From IMG/VR virus record IMGVR_UViG_3300011871_000042: a stretch of DNA of 64,000 bases. One strand, given 5' to 3'. This DNA comes from an uncultured virus (IMG/VR IMGVR_UViG_3300011871_000042) (lineage: Duplodnaviria > Heunggongvirae > Uroviricota > Caudoviricetes). Both the position numbers and the translations under genes were made by a program. Each line of letters opens with the position of its first letter. Positions within the stretch are counted from its first letter, which is position 1. Positions 11,607 through 20,785 of the stretch are shown piece by piece. Below the pieces are notes generated by a model that made no database searches, was not told where the DNA came from, and saw nothing but the letters and a program-made list of their open reading frames with translations.

Positions 11607-11957
11607 ATGAGACCTTTAATCGTTACATTTAAAAGTATAGAATTGCTAAATACATATTATCTTGGGTTTATTAAGAATGGTGGGTTCTTTCTCCCCAAAC
11701 CTAATGAAATAGAAAACATTAGACCTAATGAACAAATATTATTAACAATGAAAATAGCTTTACCTGATATAACTATTCAGGAAAAAGTATTAGGTAGAGT
11801 TATTTGGATTACTCCTGCTGGAACATTAAATGAAGCACCAGAAGGTATAGGTATGGCTTTTGAAAATAATAAAGAAAATACAGAATTAAAAGAGAAAATA
11901 GAAAATTTGCTAAATGGAAAAGAAAAATTAGACAATCAACTTTTCTATTTAAAATAA
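11607..11957 (+). CDS. pilZ: Type IV pilus assembly PilZ-like protein
   Basis: L..YYLGFIKNGGFFLP..GRVIWITP..GIGMAF..KIENLL matches the PilZ (PA2960-type) pattern. Confidence 0.8.
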   Translation: MRPLIVTFKSIELLNTYYLGFIKNGGFFLPKPNEIENIRPNEQILLTMKIALPDITIQEKVLGRVIWITPAGTLNEAPEGIGMAFENNKENTELKEKIENLLNGKEKLDNQLFYLK

Positions 11958-11970
11958 GGTAGTAATAATA

Positions 11971-12930
11971 ATGAATAATATAATAGAGACTTGGTTATTC
12001 GCTAAGTCATTTTTTTCTGATCATTTAATAATATGGTATTCTTTAAATGCTTTATTAGGAATGTGTTTTGCAAGTTGTGTTGGTTTAATATCAGCAAGAT
12101 TACCTTCAATGGAACATTATAGATTCAAACTAAATTTAAAAGAAGCTTTAGATAGTGAAGGACTCGAAGTAACAAATAAGGATTATTTTTCTAACTTAAA
12201 AAAACCAGATGGATTGTGGTATCCCCCTTCTCGTTGTGATCATTGTCATACTCCTATTAAGTTGTGGCATAATATACCCATATTAGGTTGGTTAATGTTA
12301 GGAGGAAAATGTGCTTCATGTAAAACTAAAATACCTTTTACTGTTTTATTTGCTGAAATAGCAGGGGCTGCATTAGGTATAACTATAGCTTATATGGTTG
12401 GAATAACTCCGTGGGTATTTTTATGGATAGCTTTTGCTGCTTGGATTGCTGCAGCTGTATGGATAGATTGGAATACTGGATACTTACCAACTGAATCATT
12501 AGTATTATTAATGTGGATTGGATTCATTTTATCAACATTTCTTCCTGCTACAAGTTTAATGCCTAACCCTGAACAAAGTATTTTAGGGGCAGCTAGTGGG
12601 TATATGATTGTAAAAATTATAAGTAAGTTAGGATATTTATTAAAAGGTCAAGAAGGTTTTGGCGGCGGCGATTCCATATTAATGGCAACAATAGGTGCTT
12701 TTGTAGGTCCTGTTTGGGTTATTCATGGATTCTTTATTGCTACAATAGTTGCTGTTTTTATGATGCCTATTTTTATTTACCATACTAAAAATAAAAACAA
12801 AAATAATGAAGGGAATGGATATGAAGAAAGTACAATGCCATTTGGACCTGCTTTAGCATTTGGTGTATTTCTATCAATACTTTCAATGGGAGTATTTTCT
12901 ATCAGCCCTTATTTACCCATTCATTTTTAA
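11971..12930 (+). CDS. pilD: Prepilin peptidase/N-methyltransferase
   Basis: PPSRCDHC..NIPILGWLMLGGKCASC zinc motif, IDW, GGGD, PFGPAL; multiple TM helices. Confidence 0.9.
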   Translation: MNNIIETWLFAKSFFSDHLIIWYSLNALLGMCFASCVGLISARLPSMEHYRFKLNLKEALDSEGLEVTNKDYFSNLKKPDGLWYPPSRCDHCHTPIKLWHNIPILGWLMLGGKCASCKTKIPFTVLFAEIAGAALGITIAYMVGITPWVFLWIAFAAWIAAAVWIDWNTGYLPTESLVLLMWIGFILSTFLPATSLMPNPEQSILGAASGYMIVKIISKLGYLLKGQEGFGGGDSILMATIGAFVGPVWVIHGFFIATIVAVFMMPIFIYHTKNKNKNNEGNGYEESTMPFGPALAFGVFLSILSMGVFSISPYLPIHF

Positions 12931-13298
12931 CAGCCTTATCAGCGTCCCAAGCTAAATAGATTTTAGAATAAGGCATTGGAATATTTTCTTCAGGGGAAGT
13001 ATCTAATGTCTTTTCTTTTATAGACATCGTATTAAAATCTAATGTTTGATTATTACTTGTAAGAGAAATCCATTCAGAATGAGGTATAAATATATCCTCT
13101 TTATTTTTATTAATATAAACAAAGAACGAGACACCATTTGTATGTATCTTCAAATCAAAACAGGTTTTTTTACTAATTTTAAGTTTTATTCTTTTTTTCT
13201 TTTTAAAATATTCTGGAAGAACAATATTATTTGTTTTAAATTCTAAATAAACATCTAACTTATTATTCTCTGTAAGGTTTTAAAGAGTTTTCAGTCAT
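12902..13298 (-). pseudogene. SspB-like protein with a +1 frameshift near its start (or a homopolymer assembly error)
   Basis: SD AAGGA + ATG at 13298 gives MTENSLKPYRE*. The +1 frame is open from about 13279 (NLTENNKLDVYLEF..VLPEYF..IKLKISKKTCFDLKIHTNGVSF..IFIP) into the listed ORF 12902-13153 and resembles the SspB pattern. Confidence 0.45.
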
Positions 13299-13400
13299 TA
13301 CAAGTCCTTGTTTAAATTATTTAATTATAGACTACTAAAATTTTACATTTTGACAAGGTTCAAAGTATAATATCACTATAAATTATAAAATGGAGTAAAT

Positions 13401-15125
13401 ATGTTATCAATAAATGAGCTTTCCTATCCAGAAGGGATATCAAATGAAGATGTTATAAGATTATCAGATGCTGGAATAAATCCTTGGGTTGCACATTCTT
13501 TGGCATTAAGAGGTGTAAAAGATGTAGATATAGCAACCGGAAATTATGGTTTACAGCCGTATACTAAATTAAAAAATATAAAAACTATAGCTGAAAAATT
13601 GGCTGATATTATTATTGCTAAAGATAGAATTATAATCGTCGCTGACTATGACTGTGATGGAGCAACAGCATGTGCCATAGGTTTATTAGGTTTAAGAAGA
13701 CTTGGAGCAAACATAGATTTTATTGTCCCTAATAGATTTACTAATGGTTATGGATTAACGCCAAGTGTAGTAGATGAAGTTATAGAAAGATTTAATCCTA
13801 AATATATTTTAACTGTTGATAATGGAATAGCTTCACATGAAGGTGTAGAGTATTCAAATAAACATGGAATAAAAGTATTAGTAACTGATCACCATTTGCC
13901 AGCAACAGGTAAACCTCTTCCACCTGCTGAAGTTTTAGTAAATCCTAATCAACCCGGAGATAAATCTGGTCTTGGAAATATGGCTGGATGTGGTGTTATT
14001 TATTATGTTGTAGCAGCAACAAGAGATGCCCTCAAAAAAAGAAATTACTTTACAGATGAAAATCCCGCACCAAACATGGCTGAATGGCTAGATATTGTAG
14101 CATTAGGAACAGTCGCTGACGTAGTGAAACTTGATGAAAATAACCGTTGGTTAGTCAGAAATGGATTAATAAGAATTAAAAATAATATAACAAGACCGGG
14201 AATTAGAGCGTTATTTAGTGTAGCAAAGAAAAGAATAGAACAAGCTACTAGCCAAGATTTTGGGTTCGCTTTAGGGCCACGTATAAACGCTGCTGGACGC
14301 TTAAAAGATATGACTATTGGCATACGTTGTCTAATAGCAGATAACGATGAGGAAGCCCTACAATACGCTCATATGCTTGATGATCTAAATAAAGAAAGAA
14401 AAGATATTGGTAAGAGTATGGAAGATATAGCTTGGGATGTTATCGATGTTGAAAGCCAAAATGGTAAAATGACAAGGGTTGTTCATGGAGACACCTTCCA
14501 TGAAGGTGTTATAGGAATAGTAGCAGGAAGAATAAAAGAAATTACTAACTGTCCAACTATTGTTTTTGCAAATGCAGAAGAAGAAGGGTATATAAAAGGT
14601 TCTGGTCGTTCTGTTCCGGGGCTTCATTTAAGAGATGCATTAGATCTTGTTTATAAAGAACACCCTGAGATATTTAAAGGGTTTGGTGGTCATGCTATGG
14701 CGGCTGGTTTAACCATAAAAGCATTACGATTAACTGATTTTAAAGCAGGATTTGAAAAAGCTGTGGCATTTCTTATGAATGATACTCCTTTTGAAAAAAT
14801 ATTAGATGTAGATGCTTATCTTCCAACATCTTATATAAATGTTGAAACAACGATGGATATTCAGAATGAGGTTTGGGGTCAAGGCTTTATGGATCCAACA
14901 TGGATAGGAACATTTAAAGTTATCGAAACTAAGTTATTAGGGCAAGATCAAAACCACTTAAAAATGCTACTTGAAAAAGATGGAAAACAATTTGATGCTA
15001 TCCAATTTTTTAATGATAAAGCACCTGAAATAGGAGAAGTAATAGATGTGGTATACAAACTAGGAATAAATGATTTTAGAGGATTAAATGTTCAGTTATT
15101 GGTTGTTTGTAAAGAAGAAGATTAA
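13401..15125 (+). CDS. recJ: Single-stranded-DNA exonuclease RecJ
   Basis: DYDCDG, TVDNG, TDHH, GTVAD, PRINAAGR, GSGRS, GGHAMAAG. Confidence 0.95.
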   Translation: MLSINELSYPEGISNEDVIRLSDAGINPWVAHSLALRGVKDVDIATGNYGLQPYTKLKNIKTIAEKLADIIIAKDRIIIVADYDCDGATACAIGLLGLRRLGANIDFIVPNRFTNGYGLTPSVVDEVIERFNPKYILTVDNGIASHEGVEYSNKHGIKVLVTDHHLPATGKPLPPAEVLVNPNQPGDKSGLGNMAGCGVIYYVVAATRDALKKRNYFTDENPAPNMAEWLDIVALGTVADVVKLDENNRWLVRNGLIRIKNNITRPGIRALFSVAKKRIEQATSQDFGFALGPRINAAGRLKDMTIGIRCLIADNDEEALQYAHMLDDLNKERKDIGKSMEDIAWDVIDVESQNGKMTRVVHGDTFHEGVIGIVAGRIKEITNCPTIVFANAEEEGYIKGSGRSVPGLHLRDALDLVYKEHPEIFKGFGGHAMAAGLTIKALRLTDFKAGFEKAVAFLMNDTPFEKILDVDAYLPTSYINVETTMDIQNEVWGQGFMDPTWIGTFKVIETKLLGQDQNHLKMLLEKDGKQFDAIQFFNDKAPEIGEVIDVVYKLGINDFRGLNVQLLVVCKEED

Positions 15126-15155
15126 AAAGGCGGTATCGCCTTTTTTTTATAAATT

Positions 15156-16193
15156 ATGAGGTTTAAAATGTTTAAAACTAAAATTGAATCATCTCAAAAA
15201 TTGAAAAATAAAAACGATATAAAAATTTTTAAAAAAAGTAAAATTGCGAAAGTGTTAATAGGCATAGCATTATTTAGTGTTATAACTGTAAGTACAGCTT
15301 CATTATTCTATTCAACTCAAGTATCTCCTAAAATAAATGAAATAACTAAAACTATAAATGAAAATAAACAATATTTATCAAGTATTCCTGATTCTATTTT
15401 TAATGATGTTTATAGCGATAAAGATTTTAACGATGATATAAAATTATTTGATAGAATACATAAGACACTAACTACAGGTAAAAATTCTAAAGAAATGAAT
15501 GAGAAAAAAATAAGTTTTTTATTTACAACTCTTAACAGAATTACATATCTAAATATAGTAGAACCAACAGTAGGTTATAATAGAATCTATGAAGGTTTAA
15601 TAGTTATTCCAAATACTCTTATAAGTGATATTGATAACGAAAACAACAAAAAAATTAGAGATGAAAACTACAAATTTATGAATGAAAAATTTGGAAATAA
15701 AGGATATATTCCAGTTCTTATCGGTAATGGATTATTTCCCCCTACAAATAGTTATTATGAAAATATAATAAAAGAGTTTGATTTAAGGTACAAAAATAAA
15801 TCATATATAAAATCTTTTATTGTAAATGGAAGCGAAGTATTTAATATAGATAATGTAGAAGACAGCCCTAATGTATCAGAAAAAGATATGTCATTTACGA
15901 AAGACGCTTATGCTAAACAAATCGAAGAAATGAAATTGATTCAAAAAGATATTGAAGAAGCATATATAAATAAAGATTATGAAAAGTTAAAAATGTATTT
16001 TAAACAACAAAGAGAATTTTTTAAATACATAGCAGGATTAAATATAGGAAGCAATAAATTCTCTCCATATTATAACCTAAATAGTAAAGATAATAATTTA
16101 ATGGATATGGTAAAAATGGGATTAATTTATAAAACATTAAAAACAAAAGATGCTACTAATAAAGATGCTATAGAAAATATACATTTTTATTAA
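15156..16193 (+). CDS. Membrane-anchored hypothetical protein, paralog 1 of 3
   Basis: N-terminal TM; shared motif AY.NKDY.KLK.YFKQ. Confidence 0.75.
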   Translation: MRFKMFKTKIESSQKLKNKNDIKIFKKSKIAKVLIGIALFSVITVSTASLFYSTQVSPKINEITKTINENKQYLSSIPDSIFNDVYSDKDFNDDIKLFDRIHKTLTTGKNSKEMNEKKISFLFTTLNRITYLNIVEPTVGYNRIYEGLIVIPNTLISDIDNENNKKIRDENYKFMNEKFGNKGYIPVLIGNGLFPPTNSYYENIIKEFDLRYKNKSYIKSFIVNGSEVFNIDNVEDSPNVSEKDMSFTKDAYAKQIEEMKLIQKDIEEAYINKDYEKLKMYFKQQREFFKYIAGLNIGSNKFSPYYNLNSKDNNLMDMVKMGLIYKTLKTKDATNKDAIENIHFY

Positions 16194-16241
16194 AATAAGA
16201 TAGAAAAAAGAACCTGTTCATGAATAAAAGGAGCTATTAAT

Positions 16242-17276
16242 ATGTTAAAAGATATAATAAAAACAAGATTTGACTCGAAAAATAAAATTATAATAAAAAA
16301 AAGTAAAATTAATAAAATTTTTAGAGGATCTCTTTTTTTTATAGGTTTAACAATTGTATCATCTTTAACTTTTTATACAACAGTTATAAATCCTAAAGTC
16401 TTATCTGCTGAGAAAATAATTCAGTATAACAATCAGCATATTCAATCTATTTCTCCTGATAAAAATTACAAAGAAGTTCTTTTCAGTACGCCTTATACGG
16501 ATAATGATTTTAAAGATGATTTAATGCTTTTTACAATGGTTTATGATGAAGCTATAAAGGTTCCAGATCAAAGATTTAAAATAATAGAGAATAGGGATAA
16601 TTTTCTTTATTTTAGAACTTATATGATGATGAAAATGCTCAACAATAATTATTCTTATTCATATTATTTAGGTAAAAATAATGTTGATAAACAAGAAAGA
16701 GATAAAGTAATGACATTAGAAGAACTCTCATTACAAAATAAAAGATTGCAAGAAAGGAAGGAAGAATTACTAAATGTAACTGGAGGAAGAGAAGTAGAAG
16801 CTATTTATTCCATATTTGGATCATTTAAAATGTTTAATGCTTCATATGATAGTTTAGAGTATGCTTTTAAAAAAGAATATGGAGAAAATTCTTACTTAGA
16901 TTCTTTCACAAGAAAACCATTCGTTAAAATTGATGGCGATGAATCAGAAGATGAAAAACAATATTGGAACAAAAGATTTATAAGAGATAAAGAAATTAGA
17001 AAAAACATAATACAAGCTTATGAAAATAAAGATTATGATAAATTAAGGTTATATTTTAAGCAAAATAGAGAGTTTTTAAACTATATAGTTAAATTTAAAA
17101 TTGGTGAAGTTTCATATTCATATTTCAATAAACATGAAAGGCGTTTAGATATAGATAATGTAACTAATTTAGTTTTTTATTCCTTACTTTTTAAACAAAC
17201 CTATTTCAATAACAAAGATATAAAAAATATTAATGAAAGACAAGATAAAGTAATTGATGATTTAGCACTATACTAA
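16242..17276 (+). CDS. Membrane-anchored hypothetical protein, paralog 2 of 3
   Basis: N-terminal TM; AYENKDYDKLRLYFKQ. Confidence 0.75.
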   Translation: MLKDIIKTRFDSKNKIIIKKSKINKIFRGSLFFIGLTIVSSLTFYTTVINPKVLSAEKIIQYNNQHIQSISPDKNYKEVLFSTPYTDNDFKDDLMLFTMVYDEAIKVPDQRFKIIENRDNFLYFRTYMMMKMLNNNYSYSYYLGKNNVDKQERDKVMTLEELSLQNKRLQERKEELLNVTGGREVEAIYSIFGSFKMFNASYDSLEYAFKKEYGENSYLDSFTRKPFVKIDGDESEDEKQYWNKRFIRDKEIRKNIIQAYENKDYDKLRLYFKQNREFLNYIVKFKIGEVSYSYFNKHERRLDIDNVTNLVFYSLLFKQTYFNNKDIKNINERQDKVIDDLALY

Positions 17277-17292
17277 TAAGGAAAATAAGAAT

Positions 17293-18168
17293 ATGTTACT
17301 TTTTAAAAATAAAACCAAGACAACATACGAAATAAAAATAAACAATAAAAAAAATAATATACTAAGAAATACAGCTATAGCTATGGTTTTTTCTTTAGTT
17401 GGTTTGTCTTTTTTTGCTGGAATGAAAGTTTATAATATAGAAAATATTATTTCACATAATAAAGCAGTAATAGCATCTATTTCTGACGACAAAGATGCTA
17501 CTAATATTTTATTTTCTCAAGAATATACTGATGAGATGTTTCAAAAAGATTTGAAAAATTTTGAAGTAATGAATATAAAAAATAAAGAAACTACGGGAAT
17601 GTTTCCATTTCAACAGATAACTATATTACAAAAATATAAACCAAATATAAATACAGAAGAATATTTAAATTCACTTATAAAAGAGCATTCAAGCAAAATA
17701 ACTGAACAAGTGAAGGTGTCTGAACGTTTACCTTATGCGTTGTTAAGACTTGGTTTTACTCCTGTATCACAATATATTTATTCTGACTTAAATAAAGCTT
17801 TTAGAGATAAATATACTAACAATTCTTTTTTTGATACTTTCATCATTAAAGCATCTTTTAATAATTTAAGTTATGATGATAAAAACAGTGAAACAAAGGA
17901 TGAATTTGATAAAAAAGATAGAGAAGTAGCCCAAAGATTAAAAGTCGCTTATGATAATAAAGATTATGAAACATTAAAACTATATTTTAAACAATTTCAC
18001 GAATATATGGAATATGTAGGTAGTTTTAAGCATACTCCAATTTCAGTTTCTGGAATTAAAGAATCTAATTATAGTGATAGTATAATATCATATGGAGCAT
18101 TTGAAAAATATATAAATTACAAAAATCCAGAAGATATAGAGAAAGACATAACATTAAGTCTATTCTAA
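17293..18168 (+). CDS. Membrane-anchored hypothetical protein, paralog 3 of 3
   Basis: N-terminal TM; AYDNKDYETLKLYFKQ. Confidence 0.75.
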   Translation: MLLFKNKTKTTYEIKINNKKNNILRNTAIAMVFSLVGLSFFAGMKVYNIENIISHNKAVIASISDDKDATNILFSQEYTDEMFQKDLKNFEVMNIKNKETTGMFPFQQITILQKYKPNINTEEYLNSLIKEHSSKITEQVKVSERLPYALLRLGFTPVSQYIYSDLNKAFRDKYTNNSFFDTFIIKASFNNLSYDDKNSETKDEFDKKDREVAQRLKVAYDNKDYETLKLYFKQFHEYMEYVGSFKHTPISVSGIKESNYSDSIISYGAFEKYINYKNPEDIEKDITLSLF

Positions 18169-18248
18169 GTCTTCTTATAATAAATATATTAGTTGTATAT
18201 ACATCGTTTTTTTGTTATACTCCTACTAAAATTTATAGGAGGAGTATA

Positions 18249-18686
18249 ATGAAGGTATCTGCAGGAGTAATCTTTTATACAAAAGATAACAAAGTATTAC
18301 TGGCCCATGCGACTGGTCAAAAACATTGGGATATCCCTAAAGGTCAGCCAGAAGAGGGTGAGGATTTTATTGATACTGCTATAAGAGAATGTAAGGAAGA
18401 AATAGGCTTTTCAATAGAAGACAAGGATTATTTAGAAGCATTAGGTATAATGGATTATAATAGTCAAAAAAAGTTAGCGTTATTCCTTTATATGGGGCCA
18501 ACATTCCCAAATGTTGAAAATTGTATTTGTTCTTCTTTTTTTACAGATAGATGGAATAATGAAGTATTAGAAGTTGATGCTTTTCAATATATCCCTCTTG
18601 AAAAGATAGAAGAATACGCCACTAAAAATCTAAGTAAAACATTAAGAAATGCGATAGAAAAAGCAAAAGATAAATTTAATCTCTAA
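18249..18686 (+). CDS. NUDIX hydrolase
   Basis: WDIPKG..E.GE...TAIRECKEEIG Nudix box. Confidence 0.9.
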   Translation: MKVSAGVIFYTKDNKVLLAHATGQKHWDIPKGQPEEGEDFIDTAIRECKEEIGFSIEDKDYLEALGIMDYNSQKKLALFLYMGPTFPNVENCICSSFFTDRWNNEVLEVDAFQYIPLEKIEEYATKNLSKTLRNAIEKAKDKFNL

Positions 18687-18718
18687 TAATAAAAAAGCCT
18701 CTTTCGAGGCTTTTATTT

Positions 18719-20674
18719 TTATTTAATATCTGACATTTGACTACTACCAAATAGTTTAGATGGTTTATTTTTATTATCATCAAACTTACTTGTGTTATCA
18801 AAGTTAATTTTCTTAGGTTTTTTATCATCTTTTTTATCTTTAGCTTGTTCAGCCTTGATATTATCATAGATTTTACCCGAACTCATACTATTATCTTTAA
18901 CTACGGAATCTGGTGCTCCATCCCCAAGCGCACTATTTATACCAGTAATAACTTGAAGATCTCTTGCTCCCTTCCATAATGCTTGAACACTAGTTTTAGA
19001 AATAGCGCTATATTTAACTTTTATTCCTTTTAATGCCGGATTAGTATCATGAGGAGAAGTTGCTGGAACTCCATTATTAGATTTCATAACTAAATCTATT
19101 ATTTTATCTGAATACCCTCTATACAAAGTTATAAATATACCGAATATGTCAGCTATTCTTTCTTGATATTGTCTTTGTCCTATATCTTGATAGAAATGCA
19201 TTGTTGTATGAGAAAATTGATTATAGTTCATACCATAAGGATATAATCTTCTCATTGTAGGGGCAGCAATCCCCACTTTAGCTGCATCTGTAGCAAACCA
19301 AATATTCTGTTTAGGTAATACTTTATATCTCTCTAAGTTATCCATACAATGTGCAACTTGATGTCCTACTAAATAGGCGGCAGTAGCTTTTTTACCAATA
19401 ACACTACTATAAGGATCTAATACATTATTTTTCAATCCATTTAAACCTTCTTTTCTAAACATGATGTAACATGTAGGAATAAAAGATGAATTTACTTTTG
19501 TTTGTAAAGATAATACAGAAGATAAACCTTCATCGGTACCATCAAACGTTTCTTTATCTGTTCTTAAAATATTTTGAGCAATAAACTTCCTCATTAACGT
19601 GTTTTGTGTATTAACAACAACCACTTTCATAGGGACACCCGCTAACGTCATTGCATCCGCTTCATCTTGCATAACCGCAGTCCATGCATCATCAACACCG
19701 CTATAATCCTGAGCTGGAGCTTCGTTAGATAAACCAGCATAATTTATAGGTTCTCCATTAGCATTAACAGGGATTCCATTTGGATTAGATAAGTCTCCCG
19801 GCATACCTACCTGTATGTTTAAGTTAGGCATAAAATCTAATGGCAATGGAGGTAATGCTGTAGCTTCTGATGTTGGAAGAGCAATAGGTAAAGCAATACC
19901 ATTAGCTGCTCCCGGCAAAGGAGGCAAACTTGATGGCAATGGCATATTTTTTACATTCATTGGTGTTTTAACGGCTGGTGGTAAAACAGGTAATGAAGGT
20001 GAAGCTCCTAAACTTTGTTGATTTCTTTCTTTTTCTTCAAAAGATCTAAGTGTAGGTGTTGAATTATCATTATTATCATTTTTAACCGTATATCTGCCAG
20101 CATTTTTATCTCCACCTTGGAAAAATAAAACTCCAGCACTTCCTGTTCTTTCAGCTTTGCCTAAACCACCTTGATATTCATATTTTCTTGGTGGTTCTTG
20201 ATTCGCAGGTTGTTGTCCAACAGAAGCATTAACATCTCCATTATTTATTGGTGTTGCTGTTGCCTCTCCAATAGTTGCCTGAACCCCTCCGACTTTTCCA
20301 GAAGCTCCATTATTAAGTTGTTTTAACTTATCAGCACCGGAACTTCCTCCTTCAACAACAAATGCTCCATCACTATTAAGACTTTCATTTCTATTGTCAA
20401 ATGCTTTTACTGATGGTGTGGATGTTCTTTCTTTAGATAAAGACAAACCTGATTTATTAATGTTAGGATTAGTTATAGGGACATTATTGTTAGATTGACC
20501 GCCACTACCACTAACGGTTATAGAACCATCACTATTAACTGTCATTCCATTTGAAAGAGATTTTTGACTACCTCCTATGGTAGCTTTTATCACTGTTTTA
20601 TCATCAGCTATAGCTGTCTGTATAGACAGAGATAATAATAACAATGTGCCAACTACTTGTTTTTTCTTGAACAT
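18719..20674 (-). CDS. Secreted protein with a low-complexity/Pro-rich N-terminus and a degenerate zincin-like domain
   Basis: Signal peptide; HQVAHC..ERIADIFG (HExxH with E>Q). Confidence 0.7.
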   Translation of the reverse strand: MFKKKQVVGTLLLLSLSIQTAIADDKTVIKATIGGSQKSLSNGMTVNSDGSITVSGSGGQSNNNVPITNPNINKSGLSLSKERTSTPSVKAFDNRNESLNSDGAFVVEGGSSGADKLKQLNNGASGKVGGVQATIGEATATPINNGDVNASVGQQPANQEPPRKYEYQGGLGKAERTGSAGVLFFQGGDKNAGRYTVKNDNNDNSTPTLRSFEEKERNQQSLGASPSLPVLPPAVKTPMNVKNMPLPSSLPPLPGAANGIALPIALPTSEATALPPLPLDFMPNLNIQVGMPGDLSNPNGIPVNANGEPINYAGLSNEAPAQDYSGVDDAWTAVMQDEADAMTLAGVPMKVVVVNTQNTLMRKFIAQNILRTDKETFDGTDEGLSSVLSLQTKVNSSFIPTCYIMFRKEGLNGLKNNVLDPYSSVIGKKATAAYLVGHQVAHCMDNLERYKVLPKQNIWFATDAAKVGIAAPTMRRLYPYGMNYNQFSHTTMHFYQDIGQRQYQERIADIFGIFITLYRGYSDKIIDLVMKSNNGVPATSPHDTNPALKGIKVKYSAISKTSVQALWKGARDLQVITGINSALGDGAPDSVVKDNSMSSGKIYDNIKAEQAKDKKDDKKPKKINFDNTSKFDDNKNKPSKLFGSSQMSDIK

Positions 20675-20785
20675 GTATACCTCATTATAAAATACTTAGC
20701 GCTAATGATATCATAAGTATAATTTACTTTCATTTTTTGCAATTAAAAGTTATAATATCCTTTATTTAATTTTAAGGGCAAAAAA

